Assembly: GCA_965218795.1 (NCBI GenBank)
Contig: OZ244653.1
Span: forward strand, 800,001-864,000
DNA: 64,000 nucleotides
Direction of reading: 5' to 3'
DNA from: a bacterium
GTDB taxonomy: Bacteria > UBA8248 > JACPRG01 > G963555815
The translations under genes were made by a program, and so were the position numbers. The notes under the pieces are model-generated. The model searched no databases. It saw nothing but the letters and a program-made list of their open reading frames with translations, and had not been told where the DNA came from. Below, piece by piece: positions 49,377 to 58,086 of this stretch. Position 1 is the stretch's first letter. Each line of letters opens with the position of its first letter.

Positions 49377-51571
49377 GCAGACTGGAGCTTGCGGAGCAGT
49401 TTGATGTTTTCGGTATGCCCGCTCATGCGGGCTGTCACCTTGCCCCGGATGGGACGGCCGAGGAGAAACAGATCGCCGATGACGTCCAGAATCTTGTGGC
49501 GGACAAACTCATCAGGGAAGCGGAGTTTGGTGTTGAGCACTTTCCCTTCGTCCAACAGGACAACGTTGTCCAGCCTGCCCCCTTCAACCAGCCCCCGCCT
49601 GCCCTGTAGCTCGACATCCTTGATTCGCCCGAAGGTTCGCGCCGGCGCAATGATATCCCGGAAGGTTTCCGGAGCGGTGAGCATAAATGTGAATTCCTGC
49701 GTACCGATAGGTTCGGGCAATACAAGGTGAAATTCAACGACAAAGTCGTTATGAGGCTCGATTTGAAGAATCGAAGGCACTCCATTGGTCCGATCGGACA
49801 CGACCTCTACAGCGGTCGCGGCCTTCAGCGGCTCCAGGACTGATTCCTGATCCACCACCCCGGCCTCTTCAATCAACCGGCAAAACTCCAGCGCCGACCC
49901 GTCCATGATGGGGATTTCTTCTTCCACCTTGATGAGCGCGTTGCTGATACCGTAAGCATGCAGGGTCGCCATGAGGTGCTCGATAGTACGGATCGTGATG
50001 TTTCCCTGGCGGAGGGTTGTTGCGAAAGCGGTGGATACGACGTTGTCGAGGTGTGCGGGAACCGTTTCTTCGGACGTAATATTGCCAAACAGAATCCCGC
50101 TGTCGGGAGGAAGAGGCGACAGGATCAGACCGGTCTTCAGGCCGGAGTGCAGGCCCTGACCGCTCAGGAGGATGCTCTTGCCCAAGGAGCGCTGATACAG
50201 CCCGGGCGGGCGCACAGGCAGCGCGGCGGCCAATCCGTATGTCTTCATCTTGGTCCGCAGGGCGCCTTCCGAGATACCCAGTTGCGATGCGGTCTTCCTC
50301 AGATTTCCGTCATGTTTTTGGAGGAGTTTATAGAGGTAACTTCGCTCCCAATCAACGTTTTCATTGACATGGATCGGTAGCGGTTGCAACCCGTTGGTTG
50401 GGCCGCCGCGCAACTCGGCGGGCAACTGGGACAGACCAATCGCCTCGTCTGATCTCTCCCGGGCAGCAAGGTCCTCCACAACGTTCTTCAGAGACTTGAT
50501 ATTCTCAGGCCAACCGTAGCTCTCCATGGCTTGGAGCGCCTCTTCGTCGAATACCGGCCGTCGGAGTCCATGCTTGCTGCAGTATCGGGTGAGGAAGTGT
50601 TCGACCAGGCCCCGGATGTCCTCCCAGCGCTCCCGCAGAGGCGGCACCCGGATGGGCTTGGTCTGAATCAGCCCGGCGAGTTCCTCTCCGAACACCGATG
50701 AGAATGACTTCGTCCGAAGGTCCGCCTGGGTTGAAAAAATGACCCGCGCAGCGACCGGAACCGGTTCTCGGCCGTTTTTCCGGAGAAATTCTCCGCTCTT
50801 GAGGGTATCCGCTAGTCGCGACGCCAATTGCGGGTCAATCCGTTCCGATGCGAACAGGTACAGGGTTCCTTCCCCTACGGCTTCCATCAGTCCCCGATAA
50901 ATTTCACCTGCCGGGTCCTCGACGCCGAAGACCATTGTCATCAGCGGGATCCCCGATGGATTGCCGACTTGTCGGTCGCAATTCACTCGGGCGAAGGCAT
51001 GTCCGATTCCGGAGCGGCGAACCTGTAGCAAGTGAGCGACCAGCTCCCTCCCCGTGCCGGATTCTCCGTAAATCACTATGGAGCCCGATTCGAATGAGGT
51101 CGATTCAATCTCCCGCCATAATTCAAAGACCGCCTGGCTTCGCCCGATCAACTCAGGCAACTTGTCCAGGCGGTCCCTGACATTCTCGTTGCCGCGCAAG
51201 AGCTCTTGCTGGCGGAGGGCCAGTTCCACGGTGTGAACAACCTGGTCCAGTGAGAAGGGCTTCTCAATGAAGTCGAAGGCGCCGAGTTTTGTCGCCTTGA
51301 CGGCTGTCTCGATGTTGGCGTGACCGGACATCATGATGACTCCCAAATCGGCACGCTGATTCCGGACCGCCTGGAGAACCTGAATCCCATCCAACCCGGG
51401 GAGCCACACATCCAGCAGAACGATGTCAGGGGACTCGCGATTCATGATCGTCAGGGCCTCATCTCCGTCCGATGCCTGTACCGTCGTGAACCCTTCGTCC
51501 TGCAAAATTCCCTGGAGGGAGTGTCGGATGCTCTCTTCATCGTCGACGATCAGGATGTGGCCCCGACTCAA
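49373..51571 (-). CDS. lpxC: Fusion protein: NtrX-like response regulator (REC, degenerate AAA+, Fis HTH) plus LpxC (UDP-3-O-acyl-GlcNAc deacetylase)
   Basis: Single ORF. REC: ILIVDDE, LLDVWLPG, MMSGH, FIEKP. AAA+-like: GESGTGRE, PPLRER. HTH: GNLRKTASQLGIS. From ~50197 LpxC: QRSL, GQGLHSG, TIEHL, EIPIMDGSA, ARTFG, HKILDVIGDL, SGH. TTG at 51571 follows GGGAGA. Confidence 0.92.
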   Translation of the reverse strand: MSRGHILIVDDEESIRHSLQGILQDEGFTTVQASDGDEALTIMNRESPDIVLLDVWLPGLDGIQVLQAVRNQRADLGVIMMSGHANIETAVKATKLGAFDFIEKPFSLDQVVHTVELALRQQELLRGNENVRDRLDKLPELIGRSQAVFELWREIESTSFESGSIVIYGESGTGRELVAHLLQVRRSGIGHAFARVNCDRQVGNPSGIPLMTMVFGVEDPAGEIYRGLMEAVGEGTLYLFASERIDPQLASRLADTLKSGEFLRKNGREPVPVAARVIFSTQADLRTKSFSSVFGEELAGLIQTKPIRVPPLRERWEDIRGLVEHFLTRYCSKHGLRRPVFDEEALQAMESYGWPENIKSLKNVVEDLAARERSDEAIGLSQLPAELRGGPTNGLQPLPIHVNENVDWERSYLYKLLQKHDGNLRKTASQLGISEGALRTKMKTYGLAAALPVRPPGLYQRSLGKSILLSGQGLHSGLKTGLILSPLPPDSGILFGNITSEETVPAHLDNVVSTAFATTLRQGNITIRTIEHLMATLHAYGISNALIKVEEEIPIMDGSALEFCRLIEEAGVVDQESVLEPLKAATAVEVVSDRTNGVPSILQIEPHNDFVVEFHLVLPEPIGTQEFTFMLTAPETFRDIIAPARTFGRIKDVELQGRRGLVEGGRLDNVVLLDEGKVLNTKLRFPDEFVRHKILDVIGDLFLLGRPIRGKVTARMSGHTENIKLLRKLQSA

Positions 51572-51593
51572 AACGGTCTCTCCCAAAGTCTGC

Positions 51594-53819
51594 TCATACC
51601 GCAAGCCGTGTACGCGCCGCCTCTCTGTTCAGCGGGAGACGGATTTCAAACGTCGCTCCCTGTGGCACCGAATCCCGGACCTCGATGGTGCCGTCGTGGT
51701 CGGCGATGATCCGGTGGACGATGGCCAGTCCCAGGCCGGTCCCGCGCCGCTTCGTTGTAAAGTACGGGAGAAATAGCCTGTTGCGATCCTCCTCGGAGAT
51801 TCCCGGACCGTCGTCACTCACTTCGATCTTGACCATCTCCTGGAAATTGTCGCAGAAGGTCCGGATGTTCAATCGGCCCGCGTCCGGCGTGACATCGATG
51901 GCATTGTCGATCAGGTTGATAAAGACTCGCTTGAGTTGTTCCTCATCCGCCTGGATCGGGCCCAGTCGGTCGTCTAATTCGGTTTCAAACCGCACCACCC
52001 TCGAATGGCCGCTGTACAGCGAGATCGTCTCCTGAATGATCTTGTGGAGATCGCATGCACCGGGTCTGGGCTCAGGCATGCGGGCGAACCCTGAAAACTC
52101 GTTGAGCAATTCCATGAGTCCTTTGACCTGGTTAATGATAACAGAGGTGCATTCCTGAAATACGGCGTGGAAGTCCGGTGCCTTTTCCAGGTATTTTTTC
52201 CGCAACCGCTGTGTCGCCAGCTGAATGGGTGTCAGCGGGTTCTTGATTTCGTGTGCGATCCCCTGCGCCACCTCCCGCCAGGCCGCCAATTTTTGCGCTT
52301 TCACCAGTTCGGTCAAATCCTCGAACACGAGGACCATGCCAGATCCTTTTCCCTCCCAGTCGGTCAACACACTGACGCTGATCAGCAGGGTCAACAGACG
52401 GCCTCCCACGGTCACCGAACGCTGCGCCTCCAGGCGATCCAGCCGGCTTCGGGCGATCTCCCGGAATAACTCGCGGGCTGGTTCGATCAACGCCGGGCTG
52501 AAGACCCGGCGGTAATGGGAGTCTAAGACCTCCACCCCCTGAATGCCCAGCATCGCCTCCGCCGCCCGATTGATCGTGGTGACCCGTCCTCGACGATCCA
52601 GGGAGACCACGCCGGCGCCAATCCGCTCCAGCACCCTTTCCATATACACCCGCCGGCTCTCCAGCTCGGTATTAGATTGTTCCAGCCATTCCTTTCCGCG
52701 CTTCAGATCGGCCGTCATGGCGTTGAAGGCGTCCACCAGATAACCGATTTCGTCGTCACCTTCCCGGGCGACATGGATATCCAGATTTCCTCCGGAGACG
52801 GCGCGGGTACCCTCGACCAAGGCTTTGATGGGTTCGGTGATTCCCCGAGCAAGGTAGAAACCAAACCAGATGGCCGAGAAGATGATCAACAAGGTAATCA
52901 ACAAGAAAGTGATCAGGTAGCTGACTTTGAGGGGGTCCCCGAACATCTCGAGCTGTTTGTACTCGCGGTAAGCCCCGATGACGCTTTCCATCTTCTTCGT
53001 GAGGTCGTTTGGCACATATCGGGAAACGACGAGCAAACCCAGCTTCCGGTCCTTTCCGGTTCCCGACTCCAACGCGCTCACAGCCCGAACGACACGTCCA
53101 GACCCCACCTGCTGCCGCTCCACGACAATTTTCCCGCTCATCGCGCGGTCCACCTGATCGGGTGTTTTTTTCTCAATCAGAAGGTCTTTTGACAAACTTT
53201 CATTGCGGACATTCAGGAAGGATTTTTGATCGGCGGTCAGGATCTGCAGGGCGTCCACCTGATGCTCGTGAAGCTTTTCTTCAAGATAAACCTTCAGGGC
53301 AAAGTTATCCGCCGGACGAGTTAAGTCCGAAACATCGATTTGCCTCGCGAGCGTGGAGGTCAGCCTGGACAGCCGCCGGTCGGTTTCATCGCCGATCTTT
53401 TTCACCACCTCTTGGGAGTCCTTGAGGGTGCTCTCAACCTGCGAGTTGAACCAACTCTCGATACTCCGGTTGATCAATCCGTTCGCCACGACGAAGAGCA
53501 AGACGGAAGGAGTCAGCGCAAGGCCGACGAAGGCGGTGACCAGCTTCGCCCGAAACTTTGTGCCAATCGCGCCGCGGCGGCGCTCGTAATAGAGTTTCAG
53601 CAGATTGCGCAGGACGAGCAGAACCAGCGCCAGCAGCAAGATGACGTTGACATTGACCAGGGCATAGACGATGACGTTGTTCGCCATCAAATGAGCGGGA
53701 TTGAACTCGAAATAGATCCCGGTGATCGTCAGGATGAGGATGATGCAGACCGCGCCTGTAACGATGCGGCGGACCCTTCGTCTTGCATGCCCGTTCTCAT
53801 TTTTCGGTGCGTTCGACAT
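51594..53819 (-). CDS. ntrY: NtrY-like membrane sensor histidine kinase (TM, periplasmic, HAMP, PAS, HisKA, HATPase)
   Basis: N-terminal TMs with ...SIESWF, HAMP (DEIGYLVDAFNAM), AWREVAQGIAHEIKNPLTPIQL, NLIDNA, DDGPGI, PYFTTK, GTGLGLAI; start could extend to 53903. Confidence 0.9.
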   Translation of the reverse strand: MSNAPKNENGHARRRVRRIVTGAVCIILILTITGIYFEFNPAHLMANNVIVYALVNVNVILLLALVLLVLRNLLKLYYERRRGAIGTKFRAKLVTAFVGLALTPSVLLFVVANGLINRSIESWFNSQVESTLKDSQEVVKKIGDETDRRLSRLTSTLARQIDVSDLTRPADNFALKVYLEEKLHEHQVDALQILTADQKSFLNVRNESLSKDLLIEKKTPDQVDRAMSGKIVVERQQVGSGRVVRAVSALESGTGKDRKLGLLVVSRYVPNDLTKKMESVIGAYREYKQLEMFGDPLKVSYLITFLLITLLIIFSAIWFGFYLARGITEPIKALVEGTRAVSGGNLDIHVAREGDDEIGYLVDAFNAMTADLKRGKEWLEQSNTELESRRVYMERVLERIGAGVVSLDRRGRVTTINRAAEAMLGIQGVEVLDSHYRRVFSPALIEPARELFREIARSRLDRLEAQRSVTVGGRLLTLLISVSVLTDWEGKGSGMVLVFEDLTELVKAQKLAAWREVAQGIAHEIKNPLTPIQLATQRLRKKYLEKAPDFHAVFQECTSVIINQVKGLMELLNEFSGFARMPEPRPGACDLHKIIQETISLYSGHSRVVRFETELDDRLGPIQADEEQLKRVFINLIDNAIDVTPDAGRLNIRTFCDNFQEMVKIEVSDDGPGISEEDRNRLFLPYFTTKRRGTGLGLAIVHRIIADHDGTIEVRDSVPQGATFEIRLPLNREAARTRLAV

Positions 53820-53992
53820 GTCCAACCGTGGCTGCGCCTTGTGAAGCGAACGGTCAATCGATCTGGGCGTTGTCTCAATTCGCCCTGATGCCCCATGATT
53901 CAAATCCGGCGGTTCTTCTTTCCCGGGGCTTCGCTATCTTATCCTTAAAATGCATTATCTAACGAAAATGGAGCCCCCCGGGCAAGGCAAAT

Positions 53993-56704
53993 TCATTTCT
54001 CCGGCTCCAGTTCCAATTCCCGCTTCAGTTCGTGAAGAAAATTGAGCGCCTCGATGGGTGTCATTTGATCCGGTTCGGCGTCCCTGATTTTTTGTATCAA
54101 CTCCGGCGAATGGCCATGAAACAGAGGCAACTGACCGGGGTCGCTCGGCGGGTGCGCGAGGGACCTCGCCCATTGATTTTCGTCCTCAAAGGTTGCCAGC
54201 ATCTGTTCGGCACGTTTCAGCGTAGGACCGGGAAATCCCGCCAGCCGGGCGACATGAATCCCGTAACTCCGGTCGGATGTTCCCTCGACGACCTGGCGCA
54301 AAAAAACAACATTTCCCCTATATTCCCTAGCCAGCATCGCAAGATTCTGGACTCGCGCAAGGCGGTTCGCCAATTCGGCCAACTCATGATAGTGGGTTGC
54401 AAAAAGGGTGCGGGGACCGATGTCCCCTTCGCCGTGGAGGTGCTCGGCAACGGCCCAGGCGATGCTGATGCCGTCAAAGGTCGAGGTGCCGCGTCCGATC
54501 TCATCGAGGATCACCAGGCTTCTCGGTGTCGCGTGATGGAGGATGTAGGCGGTTTCCACCATTTCCACCATGAAAGTGCTCTGCCCGCGCTGGAGTCGGT
54601 CGTGCGCGCCGACCCTGGTGAAGACCCGGTCGATCAGCCCGATCCGGGCCGCTTCGGCGGGGACAAAACTCCCCACTTGCGCAAGAAGCACAATCAAGGC
54701 GACCTGGCGGATATAAGTCGACTTGCCGGCCATGTTGGGTCCGGTGACAACGAGGACCTGGCGCTCGGAGGCGCTGAGGTCGGCATGATTCGGCACGAAG
54801 CGTTCTTCCAGGGCCGCCGGAGACTGCTCCAGAACCGGGTGCCGCCCTTCCCGGATCATGATGTCACCGGATTCATCCACCTCCGGCTCGACATATTGGA
54901 GGCGGGATGCGTTTTCGGCGAAGGTCGAGAGCACATCCAGCGAGGCCAATCGCCGGGCGGCACTCTGAATCCTGTCCGTTTCCGTCAGGACGGCGGTCCG
55001 GATCTCTTGGAATATCTCATATTCCATGTCCCGGGCCCGAGAGTCCGCCTCGAGGACCTCTTCCTCGGTTTTCTTCAGTTCGGGCGTGACATACCGCTCG
55101 GCGTTGGTCAGAGTCTGGCGACGCGTATATTCTGGGGGCACGTGGGTTTCCTCGCGCTTGCTGACCTCCAGGCAGTAGCCAAAAACTTTGTTGTAGACGA
55201 TCTTCAAATTCCTGATGCCCGTCCGAGCCCGCTCTTCCTCCTCATAAGAGCGGAGCCATGACTTGGCGTCCTGACTCATCCGGCGCAAACGGTCCAATTC
55301 GTCCCGGTAGCCGAGATTGATGAGACCGCCGTCTCGAAGAGTGATGGGCGGCGCATCGACCACGGCGGCGTCAATGCCTTCGACGACGTCGGCCATGTCA
55401 TCCCATGCCGAGAGCTGTTCACGGATGAGGACGGTATCCATTTCCGAAATCACTTTGCGCACCGCTGGAAGCGTCTGAAGGGACCGACAGAGATTTCGAA
55501 GGTCCCGCGCGTTTCCCGGCCCCAGATGGAGCCTGGCCAGCAACCTTTCGATGTCGCCTATCGTTCCCAAGGCCCCCCGCAATCCATCCTGGGCCGCGGC
55601 GTTCTCCTTCAAGGCACGGACCGTTTCGAGTCGGGCCCGAATCGGCTCCTTCCGGACGAGCGGATGGAGCAGCCAGTTTCTGAGCATGCGCCCGCCCATG
55701 GGCGTTACGGTTCGGTCCAGAACCTGAAGCAGCGTCCCGCTCCTTTCCCCCTCGGGTCCGGCGCGGAGGATTTCCAGATTGCGCAGAGTGGCAGCGTCCA
55801 GCAGCATCGTTTCGCCACGGGTGACCGCGCGCGGCGCGCGAAGATGTCCCAGGCGGTCTCCCTGGGTGTCCCGCAGGAAGGTGTAGAGCGCCCCCGCGGC
55901 CCCGGTCCCTAACGGCATGTCATCCAGGCCCAGCCCTTGCAAGGAACCGAGGCCGAAACCCGAGCGGAGAACGCGGGCGCCTTCTTCCGGTTCAAATGTC
56001 CAGGAGGGCTGTCGGCTGATCAATATGTTTCCCCTCTCCCGTAATGCCGGAGATTGCCGGTGCGGGTGGAAACCGTCTTCCGCGTCCTCGGGCAGAAGGA
56101 GCTCCTTGGGTTCCAGATCGGCCCATTCATCAGCGAGGAGAGACCACCGCTCCCTGCCCTCCAATTCCAGGACACCGAATTCTCCAGTCGAGAGATCGGC
56201 GAACGCAAACCCCACGGAATCCACGCCTTCAGTCATGGCGGCCAGGTAGTTACCGGACTTGGATTCGAGGACTTGGGGCTGGGTGGCTGTACCCGGCGAG
56301 ACCACCTGAATCACCTCACGTTTGACCAGTCCCTTCGCCTTCTTCGGGTCCTCGACCTGGTCGCAGACGGCCACGCGGTATCCGGCCTTGACCAGGCGCG
56401 CCACATAGCCTTCCGCGGCGTGATGGGGAAATCCGCACATCGGCACCCTCCCCTGGGCGTCGTCGTGCCGCGAGGTGAGCGCGAGGTCGAGCACCGGCGC
56501 CGCAGTCTCGGCGTCTTCATAGAACATTTCGTAAAAGTCGCCCATCCGGAAAAACAGGATGGCATCCGGATGCCCCCGCTTGATGCTTCTGTACTGCCGC
56601 ATCATGGGGGTCAGCGCGGTTTCCTTTGCAGCTTGGGTCTTGGGAGAAACCGGGGCCGTTTTTCGGGAGGCGTCGTCAGTCGGAAGGGATGGGGTTTTCG
56701 TCAA
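53993..56704 (-). CDS. mutS: DNA mismatch repair protein MutS
   Basis: TPMMRQY, FRMGDFYEMF, GPNMAGKST, STFMVEM, DEIGRGTST, ATHYHEL, SYGIHVA; start at 56704 assumed. Confidence 0.97.
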   Translation of the reverse strand: MTKTPSLPTDDASRKTAPVSPKTQAAKETALTPMMRQYRSIKRGHPDAILFFRMGDFYEMFYEDAETAAPVLDLALTSRHDDAQGRVPMCGFPHHAAEGYVARLVKAGYRVAVCDQVEDPKKAKGLVKREVIQVVSPGTATQPQVLESKSGNYLAAMTEGVDSVGFAFADLSTGEFGVLELEGRERWSLLADEWADLEPKELLLPEDAEDGFHPHRQSPALRERGNILISRQPSWTFEPEEGARVLRSGFGLGSLQGLGLDDMPLGTGAAGALYTFLRDTQGDRLGHLRAPRAVTRGETMLLDAATLRNLEILRAGPEGERSGTLLQVLDRTVTPMGGRMLRNWLLHPLVRKEPIRARLETVRALKENAAAQDGLRGALGTIGDIERLLARLHLGPGNARDLRNLCRSLQTLPAVRKVISEMDTVLIREQLSAWDDMADVVEGIDAAVVDAPPITLRDGGLINLGYRDELDRLRRMSQDAKSWLRSYEEEERARTGIRNLKIVYNKVFGYCLEVSKREETHVPPEYTRRQTLTNAERYVTPELKKTEEEVLEADSRARDMEYEIFQEIRTAVLTETDRIQSAARRLASLDVLSTFAENASRLQYVEPEVDESGDIMIREGRHPVLEQSPAALEERFVPNHADLSASERQVLVVTGPNMAGKSTYIRQVALIVLLAQVGSFVPAEAARIGLIDRVFTRVGAHDRLQRGQSTFMVEMVETAYILHHATPRSLVILDEIGRGTSTFDGISIAWAVAEHLHGEGDIGPRTLFATHYHELAELANRLARVQNLAMLAREYRGNVVFLRQVVEGTSDRSYGIHVARLAGFPGPTLKRAEQMLATFEDENQWARSLAHPPSDPGQLPLFHGHSPELIQKIRDAEPDQMTPIEALNFLHELKRELELEPEK

Positions 56705-56711
56705 GGCGTTT

Positions 56712-57077
56712 TCAATGGTCGGCCGAGGGCGCCCGGACGGGACCCACCTCGGACGAGTGCGCAGGTTCGATGTCCTCGCCTTCGGCCAAGACCGGAACCA
56801 GACTTCGCTCCTCCATCTCCTGAACGCGGTCACGGAGCTTACGCAGGTCTGCTTGATCCCGTCTCGATTTCCACCGGAGCCGGACTTTTTCCACGATATG
56901 GAAAACCCATGCCGAAACGGCCCCCAATGCGAAGGCCATCAACAGGAGATAGAACAAAGGCACGGTTCGGCTGGGCAGGCCGTAGAAGCCGACCGTCGCC
57001 AGGTGCATGTTCTTGACCCCAAACGTGACAAGGAGAAGAACGCCCGCCAGGGCGAGAATGAATCGGAAGGCGCCCAT
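56712..57077 (-). CDS. lapA: LPS assembly protein LapA-like (DUF1049)
   Basis: Two TM helices with F..KN and PL..LLL.AF..G pattern, followed by a basic coiled coil (RLRWKSRR...LRKLRDRVQEME). Confidence 0.7.
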   Translation of the reverse strand: MGAFRFILALAGVLLLVTFGVKNMHLATVGFYGLPSRTVPLFYLLLMAFALGAVSAWVFHIVEKVRLRWKSRRDQADLRKLRDRVQEMEERSLVPVLAEGEDIEPAHSSEVGPVRAPSADH

Positions 57078-57079
57078 GC

Positions 57080-57574
57080 CTACCCCACTGCCTTGTCGAA
57101 CAAAACTTTCAGCGTCCGAAACGTACTGTCCAAATGATCGGGAATCAGCTTGACGTCGGCCAGGACCGGCATGAAATTCGTGTCCCCGGTCCAGCGAGGA
57201 ACGATGTGGACATGCAGATGCTCCGCCACGCCCGCACCAGCGGCCTGTCCGAGGTTGATTCCAATGTTATAGCCGTGCGGGCCCATGGCCTCGCCGAGAA
57301 ACCCGACGGACAGTTGGGTCAGCCTCATCAGCTCGTTCCGCTCCTCCTCGGTCAGGTCCAGGAACTCTCCGATATGCCGGCGGGGCGAAACCATCAAGTG
57401 GCCGTTGCTGTACGGGAATAGGTTCATGATCACGAACACCAATGCCGTCCGGCAGAGGACATGGTTCTCTTCATCCTTTCCGTCCTCGTTCAGCTTTCGA
57501 CACAAGAAGCAGCCTTCCTCAGCGTCGTCCCCTTTGACGTACGCCATTCGCCAGGGGGCCCACAGATTCTTCAA
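57080..57574 (-). CDS. HIT-family nucleotide hydrolase/phosphorylase
   Basis: LWAPWR, CFLC, NLFPYSNGHLM, GINLG..AGAG, HLHVHIVPRW. Confidence 0.93.
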   Translation of the reverse strand: MKNLWAPWRMAYVKGDDAEEGCFLCRKLNEDGKDEENHVLCRTALVFVIMNLFPYSNGHLMVSPRRHIGEFLDLTEEERNELMRLTQLSVGFLGEAMGPHGYNIGINLGQAAGAGVAEHLHVHIVPRWTGDTNFMPVLADVKLIPDHLDSTFRTLKVLFDKAVG

Positions 57575-58086
57575 TACGCCTCCTTGGCAATCCGGGCCGA
57601 ATTCTCATCGACGGAAAGTTCCTGGAAACAACGTCCTTCCTCCTTCCGCATCCTGCGTCGCTGGGCCTCGGTCCCATGATCAAATCCGAGGAGGTGAAGA
57701 GTACCGTGAATCAGAAGGCGAAGGATCTCATCCCCCAGAGGGTTCCCTGCTTCCACCATCCGGGGGACGGCGCCGGAGGGGCTTCCGCTGCCCGATCTTC
57801 CGGTTCTTGATTGGCGCAAAGCCGTTTCCACCGAGATCACCACATCGCCCATGAGTGCGTCCGAGCGGTCCGTCCCTTCCTGCTGCGGAAAAGCCAGAAC
57901 GTCGGTGGCTTCCCGTTCAGAACGATAGCGGCCGTTGAGCGCTGCCATCTCTTCGTCGTCGACCAAGAGAACGCTGAGTTCATCCGACGGACGATTCAGA
58001 AGCCTTAACAGTTTCCGCGCTCGGTTCCCGAGCCATCTGCGGTTGATCTTCGCTGTCTTTTGCCTGGTCGTCAGTGTGGCTGGCAT
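57571..58086 (-). CDS. ybeY: rRNA maturation RNase YbeY
   Basis: LNGRYR, TDVLAF, GDVVIS, HGTLHLLGFDH; GGAGG RBS. Confidence 0.95.
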   Translation of the reverse strand: MPATLTTRQKTAKINRRWLGNRARKLLRLLNRPSDELSVLLVDDEEMAALNGRYRSEREATDVLAFPQQEGTDRSDALMGDVVISVETALRQSRTGRSGSGSPSGAVPRMVEAGNPLGDEILRLLIHGTLHLLGFDHGTEAQRRRMRKEEGRCFQELSVDENSARIAKEAY

